From Chiloscyllium plagiosum (lineage: Eukaryota), in the NCBI RefSeq assembly GCF_004010195.1, contig NC_057719.1:5208412-5262985 (forward strand): a DNA stretch of 54,574 nt, given 5' to 3'. A model generated the notes under the pieces. It did no database searches, had not been told where the DNA came from, and worked only from the letters and a program-made list of their open reading frames with translations. Below, piece by piece: positions 11,383 through 20,550 of the stretch. The stretch's first letter is position 1, and each line of letters begins with the position of its first letter. The translations under genes and the position numbers were made by a program.

Positions 11383-12189
11383 ATAAATATTTTTTCTAAA
11401 CTGCCATTAACTTCCCTCTGGAAATACACAGATAGACTGAAACCAGGAAGGTTTCTTCAGGTGTATCCATCTCCCTGATGATGCAGCCGGCTTCACACTG
11501 TCATTAATGTGGCTTCTACTTTCTGTATTCTTAATTTAGAGTCTTCTTTGAGCTGATGAATTGGACGAGCCTTTTACAGTTTGCTGAAACATTTTCAATT
11601 AATTAGGCTTTAACTCCCAAACAAACAATCTCTTGAGACTGTCAACTGTGCATTGTTAATCAAGCCACATAACTCAGTAGGTCATCCAGGTATGAATGTG
11701 TTGATGCAATGACCAAAAAGTCTTTTTCAACGAACTCAAAGTCATCCATTCATTATGAACAAACTAATTCTTAAAGCAAGTGGCAAACACTGATGAGCAC
11801 CTAAGCTATGATCTGGAATTAAAACTGTATCCCCTTAGTCCAATACACAGGTGCACACACAACACAAAAAAGACAGGTTTAACACTGTTTTTATGAAATA
11901 AAAAGCAAAATGGTTTTAAAAAAGTATACATCTGGGAGCAATGGGTGAAATATGAAGAATCCTCATATCTACTAAATTTCCTGTCAATGAAGCTGAATTG
12001 CTGATGGTCATAGATTGGCATCTAGTTCTGTTTGCATTTAACTTGGAATCAAGACTTTGGAGATTCAACACAGCCCACCCTTTCGGGCTTTAAGTGGCAG
12101 ATAGGAATTTGGAAATTCTATCGGGTTCTTACATACTTTAACTAAGATTGAGATTTCAGGAGGTACCAGTCTTTAACCAATTTGATTCA

Positions 12190-12640
12190 CGCCATGTGAT
12201 ATCAAGAAACGGTTAGTGCCATTGGATACTGCAAAGGCCCTGACAAGATTTGGCAATAGTATTGGAAGCATGTGCTCCAGAACTTGCTGTTCACCTAGCC
12301 AAGCTGTTCCAGTACAGTTAGAACACTGGCAGAAATTCACCAGAGATCCTCAGACAGCACTTTCTTAACCCACAACCACGTCCATCTAGAAGACAAAGGT
12401 AGTAGATATATGGGAACATCACCCCCTCCAAGCCACTCACCGTTCTGACTTGGAAATATGTCATCGTTCCTTCACTGTCATTGGGTCAATATCCTGGAAT
12501 TCCCTCCCTGAGGGCATTGTGGATCAACCCACAGCAGGTGGACTGCAGTGGTTCAAGAAGGCAGCTCAAGGGCAACTAGGGATGGGCAAATGAATGTTGG
12601 CCAGCTAGCGATGCCCACATCCCACAAAATGAATAAATAA
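12190..12640 (+). mobile_element. Older CR1-like LINE fragments, internally deleted
   Basis: tggatactgcaaaggc..ctagccaagctgttccagtacag; 3' end gggcaactagggatgggc..gaataaataaa; related pieces at ~31280-31390 and ~49290-49700. Confidence 0.6.
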
Positions 12641-12728
12641 AACAAAAGTCTTGCAGCTTCTGTGCCTACTCTGGAGTCTGTGAAGCAGAAGCATCAGCCC
12701 AGAAAATATTAGTACACAACCATTAGCA

Positions 12729-12959
12729 TAAAGTTAAAAATCACACAACACCAGGTTATAGTCCAACAGGTTTATTTGGAAGCACTAGCTTTCAAAGCAT
12801 TGCTCCTTCACCAGGTGGTTGTGGAGTTCAGAGCCACCTGATGAAGGAGCAGTGCTCTGAAAGCTAGTGCTTCCAATTAAACCTGTTGGACTATAACCTG
12901 GTGTTGTGTGATTTTTAACTTTGTACACCCCAGTCCAATACCAGCGTCTCCAAATCATG
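12729..12959 (+). mobile_element. Palindromic non-coding element with hammerhead motifs and 13-bp TSD
   Basis: ~89-bp inverted arms 12730-12818 and 12834-12922; CAC-CTGATGA-A-GGAGC(agt)GCTCT-GAAA-GC-TA-GTG at 12835-12869; TSD acaaccattagca 12716-12728 and 12960-12972. Confidence 0.85.
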
Positions 12960-13089
12960 ACAACCATTAGCAAAGCAGCCCACTAGTACTTTCAACACCA
13001 GATTTTCCAGCAATTAAGGCAATAAACGCCATCTCCTATCTCCTTGAAAGCTTTGTTTGTGTAAAGAGCTCACTTTTTTATTTTCTTTA

Positions 13090-13228
13090 CAGAGTGATAG
13101 AGTCAAATGTTGTAACTGTACCTGCATCTACCACTTTCTCTGGCAGTTCATTCTACATGAGAACCACTCCCTGTGTGAAAATGTTGCCCCTCAGGTCCCT
13201 TTTAAATCTTTCTGATCTAGTTTTGGAC
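13090..13228 (-). mobile_element. CR1 3' fragment
   Basis: gttgtaactgtacctgcatctaccact..ttgcccctcaggtcccttttaaatc. Confidence 0.7.
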
Positions 13229-14044
13229 AATGAACTAATGTAATTAAAATACTTCTTTAAGCCAAGGCGATGGCTGCAGTTTTATAAACCGTGTTACTGG
13301 AGCACATTATGAGCTGCATAAACAGTGAGAACTCAAGTAGACAATACAAAGCTGCTGGCTTTGAAACAAATATTCTAATTGGTTCCTGACCATGGTTTGT
13401 GCGGGTAGTATAAAGCAGAGATTTACCTCGCTTGCAAAGCAAAAGCATTAAAAAAATTCTTGCTGTCTCTCTCTCTTGCTCTTGCTGTCTTATATGGAGA
13501 CACTGGAAAGTCTCCAGAGACAGCTTGCTATCATCCACTCAATTTTCTCTACAAATTCCCTGCTGAAGGAGGGACAAAATGCCTTTAATGATAGAAAGGG
13601 TCAAATTCTCAACTAGTGAATGAAAGAGAACATCAGGGTGTTAATGGCCTCGTGTTGAAAGGAAAAAATTGAAAGAAACCATTGAAAGGAAGAGAAAGAA
13701 AGCAACTAATTGAATCCTGTGGTCCAGACTGGTGCTAATAAATTGTTTGCTTACTTTTTTTTAGATTAGATTCCCTACAGTGTGGAAACAGGCCCTTCGG
13801 CCCAACCATGGTTTTCTTTTTCCACCTTTAATATGCATGTCTTGTCCTAATTACCATTGCACAAAGACAATTTTTTTGTAATAACGTTATTTTCTTGTGA
13901 AGAGTTAATTTTGTGACCAAGGAGATTTCTTTTAGTATTGATTCAATATCTTAGAAATGCATCCCCTGTCGCCAATTCATCATCTGGCAATAAAACTGCA
14001 CCTATCCCCACATCCCTAGTATCAATTGATACTTAATGTTTATA

Positions 14045-14225
14045 AGAGGTAAAAACAATGACTGCAGATGCTGGAAACCAGATTCTGGATCAGTGGTGCT
14101 GGAAGAGCACAGCAATTCAGGCAGCATCCGAGGACAGGCAAAATCTTTTGCCCGAAACATCGATTTTGCCTGTCCTCGGATGCTGCCTGAATTGCTGTGC
14201 TCTTCCAGCATCACTGATCCAGAAT
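14045..14225. mobile_element. Palindromic pLTR-type element (second subfamily) with 13-bp TSD
   Basis: ~66-bp inverted arms 14080-14145 and 14162-14227, centre ttttgcccgaaacatc (3' half of a hammerhead); TSD cttaatgtttata 14032-14044 and 14226-14238. Confidence 0.8.
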
Positions 14226-14594
14226 CTTAATGTTTATAGTTAAGTCAGGAGCAGAGAACACTGGTACATTTCTTAAGATTGTCTTCAGATTCTCCAAAGC
14301 TGTTTGAAATTCTTTTGACCATACTAGTTTTACTTGTTTTTGCGATAAATTCATTAGGGGAACAAATCTGGCAGAAATCCTTCAACGGAAACTCTACATT
14401 TCATAAAATTCTCCTAACTTCCATTTTGATTTTGGAACAGAAATTCTAGCAAATCTTTTACTTTCACTGCTCTTTGCAACATTTGCCCTTGCCCTATGAT
14501 GTCCTCGGTAAGTTACCTGCGTTTAAGCATTACAGGGAGAAGGCAGGAGAATGGGAGTGAGAAACATGTCAGCCATAATCCGATCAGATCGGAA

Positions 14595-14758
14595 GGACAC
14601 CAGGTTATAGTCCGACAAGTTTATTTGAAATCACGAACTTTCTTCAGGAGTCCTGCGAATCAGCAGTACTCTGAAAGCTTGTGATTTCAACTAAACCTAA
14701 TGTCATGTGACTTCTGATTTTGTCCACCCAATCCAACACCAGCACCTCTACATTATGA
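14595..14758. mobile_element. Degraded palindromic pLTR-type element inserted in a CR1 3' UTR
   Basis: acaccaggttatagtcc..tctgaaagcttgtgatttc..ccaacaccagcacctc, same family as 12729. Confidence 0.65.
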
Positions 14759-14780
14759 TCAAATGGCAGCTCAGACTTGA

Positions 14781-14991
14781 TGGACCAAATGGCCTAACTG
14801 TGCTCCCACATCTTATGGTCTTTTGCAGTGAACTCACTTTCGGGAATAAATAATTACTGGATTTATAAATGACCTGGAAGAGGGGTTAGAAGGTTGGGTG
14901 AGCAAGTTTTGGACCAAATGGCCTAACTGTGCTCCCACATCTTATGGTCTTTTGCAGTGAACTCACTTTCGGGAATAAATAATTACTGGAT
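14781..14991 (+). repeat. Perfect 82-bp direct duplication flanking a 47-nt CR1 RT fragment
   Basis: 14781-14862 equals 14910-14991; insert 14863-14909 translates INDLEEGLEGWVSKF. Confidence 0.85.
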
Positions 14992-15059
14992 CAACTACCT
15001 GTATAAATAAGGCTTCCATTTCTGGTATATGCTTTCCCCAGATGCTGCTACGTACTGTA

Positions 15060-15960
15060 TTATATTATCCAAACAAACTACATAACCAGTTACAACTTGA
15101 TTCTTTGTTCTTGGAATGTATCTCAAGCATTTTTGAACCCAAATTACATGAATCAACATATAACACATTTGGTATAAGAGAAACTGACAGCTCTTGATGA
15201 CAACAGTTCTGGCCAGTATTGATCCAATAAATCAATCTTAATAAGGATTGACCAATCAATATAATCTTCTAACTAAGGGATTGGTTATGACTTATTTCTA
15301 TAAATGCATTTACTTTCCTGTAATCTATGCAGCACCTAATTGACCCATTAACTCTCAGAACAAATACCACTGCAGAAATCCAACTGTTTTGGCTATGTTC
15401 AATTAAATGATTTTCTAACATATATTGAATCTCTGAGCTTGATTTTAAGGACATAATTGAGAAGAATGCAGTTCATTGGTGCAGGTTCCCCTACTCCACA
15501 CTATATCTGGTTAAAATTGTACACTCAGTTTATCTCTAGACATTTCCTTGAAATCCGCAGCTAATTTTCCAAGGTCCTCCCATTTGCTTTTCAATAACTG
15601 TCCCAATATTTCAGTAATGGTTAACCGGACAAGAATTTATGAATTCTTGAAATCTCAATTACCTCTCTCTCACTGTCTTTATCATCCACCACTATTCTTG
15701 CCAGTTGATATTCTTGCTCCTTTCTTTAAAAATGTAGTAAAGCTCTATTGAATAGTTCCTCAAAACCTTGATTATTTGGGATGATTATGCTAAACCGTTT
15801 AAATCTGGATCTATTTGCCGAGCCTCAATTAAAGGAAATGTACTGAACATTTCTTTTGAATTATCCTTGTACTTAATGAAAGTTTCAACTGCCTTAATAT
15901 CTGCTCATGGTATTACTTTGACCCCTGGTGATGGACTTCCTTTAGTCATTGCTCTGGGCA
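15060..15960 (-). mobile_element. Highly decayed Ty3/Gypsy pol remnant
   Basis: EIQYMLENHLIEHSQNSWISAVVFV..GSIRCCIDYRKVNA (ORF 15269-15454) matches a Gypsy RT N-terminus; extent uncertain. Confidence 0.6.
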
Positions 15961-15977
15961 CCACACATAGGGTCACA

Positions 15978-16430
15978 GTGTCATAGAGATGTATAGCACA
16001 GAAACAGACCCTTCGGTCCAACTCATCCATGCCAACCAGCTATCCTAAACTAATCTTGTCCCATTTGCTAGCACTTTGCCCATATCTAAACCCTTCCTAT
16101 TCATATATCCATCCAGATGCCTTTTAAATGTTGTAGTTGTACCAGCCTCCACCACTTCCTCTGGCAGCTCATTCCATACACACACCACCATCTACATGAA
16201 AAATTTGCCTCTTAGGTCTCTTTTAAATGTTTCACCTCTCACTCTAAACCTATGCCCTCTAGTTCTGGACACCCCACCCCAGGGAAAAGACCTTGACTAT
16301 TTACCCTATCCATGCCCCTCATAATTTTATGAACCTTTATAAAGTCAGTCCTCAGCCTCCGACGCTCCAGGGAAAACAGCCCCAACCTATTCACCCTCTC
16401 CCTGTAGCTGAAACCCTTCAAACCTGGCAA
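15978..16430 (-). mobile_element. CR1 LINE 3' end
   Basis: LPGLKGFSYRERVNRLGLFSLERRRLR (ORF 16239-16430) and 3' tail. Confidence 0.85.
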
Positions 16431-16559
16431 AATCTCTCCATGATGCAGAAATACCTGAAATGTTTTTTGTGACTGTTAATCTCTTTAATCTCTCTTGGAT
16501 TACAGGGGAGGATAAGTTTTTTGCTCCTGGATGAAATTCAATCCTATCTATGGGTATAG

Positions 16560-17045
16560 AACTGCAAAATTCTACATTACGTAAGGGGAGGCCATTTGAC
16601 CCAATGCGCTTGTACCAACTACCCAGTAAGTCCCAATCTCCGGCCCTATCTCCCTAACTCTCTGACTCCATCAATTTCAAACAGATATCCAGCTGTCTTT
16701 TGAAACCTAACATGGAATCCACCTCCCCCACTCTCCCAGGCGGCACATTCCAAATTCTAACAACTCTCTGAGTAAAGAAGTTTCTCCTCATCTTACTCCT
16801 TGCTCTCTTGCTGACAATCTTGAAATTGTGACCCCTAGTTACTGACATAGCAACTAGTGGAAACAGAATAGCTTTCCTTATCCTGTCATAATTGTTCAGA
16901 ATTTTGAACACTTCAGTTAGGGCATTTCTTAATCTTCTCTGCTCCAAGGAGAACAAACCCAATCTCTCTAATCATTCCATGTATCTAAAATGCCTCATTC
17001 CTGGTATCATTCCGGCAAATTTCCTTTGATCTCTCTCCAGGGTTT
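16560..17045 (-). mobile_element. CR1 LINE 3' end
   Basis: GLFSLEQRRLR..TRGHNFK..NFFTQRVVRIWN (ORF 16654-16962). Confidence 0.85.
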
Positions 17046-17493
17046 TAAATTTCTCATCAGACTCTATCATTACTGTTCTGTATGTCAAGTCCCCCTCTAA
17101 GTGCACTTTGTACAAAACAATGGTTTATATATTCTCCACTAATTCCATTTATTAATATTTGGTTTTTAATGTACTCTCTGGAGGATTAATCATGCCTTTC
17201 TCCAACAAAAGATTTGCACGAGCTCCTGTATTCCTCAAAATAGTTATGGGATTAGCTGTATCATTTGAGGAATAAAAGGTGATTTTTCATAAAGACAGAG
17301 GAACATAGAAAATAGCAGCAGGTGTAGGCCATTCAGCCTTTCAAATTCTATCCATCCTTCACTATGATCATGGCCAATCATCCAATTCAGTCCCCTGCTC
17401 CCACGCTCTCCTCATACCCTTTGATCCGACCAGCCCTAAACACTTTATCTATTTCCTTCTTGAAATCATCTTGACCAAAATCTTTTATATCTC

Positions 17494-18147
17494 TGTTATG
17501 GACTAGGCCAGACCCCCTTACATTTCAAGAAAGTAGCCCAGATGCTAACTTTGCTAGTTGTTTTAAGCACCTGTAACGCAGATATTCCAGGAGAGATGCA
17601 GTTGGTCAAACCATGTCATTTCAAACAAAAACAGAATTTATTTACAAGATTACTGAATGAAACACAAATATCAGAATACTGATTGAATAACTTAACCTAT
17701 CAAAAAACCCGACAGATCATCCCAATTAATGATGCTGTTCCAATACTTGCAACAATCCTCGTAAACACCCCTTGGTAAAAAAGGAAAAATCAAACACAGG
17801 GTTTTACAGGAGAGAAGTCAGAGAGAGAGGACCAGCATGGACTTGCTTCTTGTGTCCAGCAGCTTCAGAAATGGCCTGACTGCTTTCAGTGAATAGCCAT
17901 AGTGCCAAAGACAAACTTAAATTAGAGATAAGCTGAGCTGGGAGAATTGGCCACTCCCCTTTCATTGTGCAAGTGTTTATTTTTAAAACTTAAAAGCCTT
18001 TTGCCTGAGGCAGTATTTGTTAGCTATAATCAAACTGACCCTAAAACCCTTCAAAGCCAGACTTTTCGGAGTCTGTGTCTTTTACAATCTCTCTGAAAAG
18101 AAAACCCAAGGACAACATAACCTTGTTAAAGGAGCAGCATTGTCACA
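17494..18147 (-). mobile_element. Solo LTR of the Gmr1-like family at 42995-48980, with 4-bp TSD
   Basis: Minus strand TGTGACAATGCTGCTCCTTTAACAAGG..GGCCTAGTCCATAACA matches LTR 42995-43686; TSD tctc 17490-17493 and 18148-18151. Confidence 0.85.
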
Positions 18148-18411
18148 TCTCTCATTGATGCTATTCACCTCTTCTGTGCTCACAGCAATGTCTACTTTTG
18201 GTCCCACAGTTGGAATTAAATCTACAATTTAAACTGATATGTTTTCATTCTGGGTTTCATTTCCAAAAATGGCATCTTTCAAAACCATATGAACTCCAGT
18301 AAATTCCATGGATTATCCATGCAACATATAGCATTCCAAATGAGGATATTCCATAAGATCATCAAATATTGGAGCAGAATTAGGCCATTCAGCCTATCAA
18401 ATCTGCTTTTT

Positions 18412-18743
18412 TTAGATTAGGTTAGATTAGATTAGATTACTTACAGTGTGGAAACAGGCCCTTCTGCCCAACAAGTCCACACCGCCCCGCCGAAGCGCAA
18501 CCCACCCAGACCCATTCCCCTACATTTAACCCTTCACCTAACACTACGGGCAATTTAGCGTGGCCAATTCACCTGACCTGCATCTTTGGACTGTGGGAGG
18601 AAACCGGAGCACCCGGAGGAAACCCACGCAGACACAGGGAGAACGTGCAAACTCCACACAGTCAGTCGCCTGAGGCGGGAATTGAATCCGGGTCTCTGGC
18701 ACTGTGAGGCAGCAGTGCTAACCACTGTGCCACCGTGCCGCCC
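18412..18743 (-). mobile_element. HE1 SINE inserted in a CR1 3' fragment (~18350-19100)
   Basis: (ttaga)n tail, full HE1 body; the CR1 continues on both sides. Confidence 0.9.
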
Positions 18744-19127
18744 ACCGTGCTCTGTCATTTGAGCATGGCTGATATGTTTCTCAACCCCTATCTCTTGTCT
18801 TCTCTCCATAACCCGTAGTCCCCTACCTAATCAAAAGCCTATCTAGTTCTGTTTTAAATATGCTCAATGGTTTGGCGTCCACAGCCTTCTGCGGCAATGA
18901 GTTCCACAGATTAACTATCCTCAGGCTGAGTGCTTCCCTCTCATCTCAGTTCTAAAGGGCCATCACTTCACTCTGAGGCTGTGCTTTTGGGTCCAAGTCT
19001 CTCCTATCAGTGGAAACACATTATCCATTCTTTCCAGAGTTTTCTGTGTTGGGTAAGTTTCAATGAGATTCTCCTGCATCATTCTAAACTCCACTGAGTA
19101 TATACCCAGCAGTAGACACTCATACAT

Positions 19128-20550
19128 TCATAGAGTCATAGGGATGTACAGCATGGAAACAGACCCTTTTGTCCAACCCATTCATGCTAACCAGATATCC
19201 CAATCCAATCTAGTCCCACCTGCCAGCACCTGGCCCATATCTCTCCAAACCCTTTCTATTCATATACCCATTCAGATGCCTTTTAAATGTTGCAATTGTA
19301 CCAGCCTACACCACTTACTCTAGCAGCTCATTCCATACACGTACCACCCTCTGTGTGAAAACGTTGCCCCTCAGGTCTCTTTTCTCTCTTTCCCCTCTCA
19401 CCCTAAACCTATGCCCTCTAGTTCTGGACTCCCCGACCCCAGGGAAAAGACTTTGCCTATTTATCCTATCCATGCCCCTCATGATGTTGGAAACCTCTAT
19501 AAAGTCACCCCTCAACCTCCAACGCTCCAGGGAAAACAGCCCCAGTCTGTTCAGCTTCTCCCGATAGCTCAAATCCTCCAACCCTGGCAACATCCTTGTA
19601 AATCTTTTCTGAACCCTTTCAAGTTTCACAACATCTTTCTGATAGGAAGGAGACCAGAATTGCACGCAATATTCCAACAGTGGCCTAACACTGCAACATG
19701 ACCTCCCAACTCCTGTACTCAATACACTGACCAATAAAGGAAAGCACACTTTCTTCACTATCCTATCTACCTGTGATTCCACTTTCAAGGAGCTATGAAC
19801 TGCATTCCAAGGTCTCTTTGTTCAGCAACACTCCCTAGCATCTTACCATTACGTGTATAGGTCCTGCTAAGATTTGCTTTCCCAAAATGCAGCACCTCGC
19901 ATTTATCTGAATTAAACTCCATCTGCCACTTCTCAGCCCATTGGCCCATCTGGTCAAGATCCCATTGTAATCGGAGGTAACCCTCTTCGCTGTCTACTAC
20001 ACCTCCAATTTTGGGGTCATCTGCAAACTTAGTAGCTATACTTCCTTTGTTGACATTCAAATCATTTATATAAATGACAAAACACAGTGGACCCATCACT
20101 GATCCTTGTGGCACTCCACTGGTCACAGGCCTCCAGTCTGAAAAACCCTAATCAGTTCTTGCCTTTCCAAATACATGTATATCCTGTCCCTCAGGATTCC
20201 CTCCAACAACTTGCTGACCACCAATGTCAGGCTCACTGTTCTATAGTTCCTGGCTTGTCCTTACCACCCTTCTTAAACAGTGGCACCACGTTAGCCAACC
20301 ACCAGTCTTCCGGCACCTCACCTATGACTAACGATGATACAAATATCTCAGCAAGAGGCCCAGCAATCACTTCTCTAGCTTCCCACAGAGTTCTAGGGTA
20401 CACCTGATCAGGTCCTGTCTATATGGACTTCAGGAGAGATTTTGACAAGGTTCCACATGGTAAAATGGTTAGTAAAATTAGATCACATGGGATTCAGGGG
20501 GAGCTAGTCAATTGGATACAAAACTGACTAGAAGGTAGGAGGCAGAGTGC
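19128..20550 (-). mobile_element. CR1 LINE ORF2 3' part, with an inverted RT piece at 20417-20550
   Basis: TSGVPQGSVMGP..YINDL..KFADD (19785-20126), LEYCVQFWSP (19315-19788); plus-strand YMDF..DKVPHG..RQ at 20417-20550. Confidence 0.85.

Noticed and set aside
14002..14243. Near-identical ORFs on both strands
   Set aside because: Consequence of the DNA palindrome, not coding.
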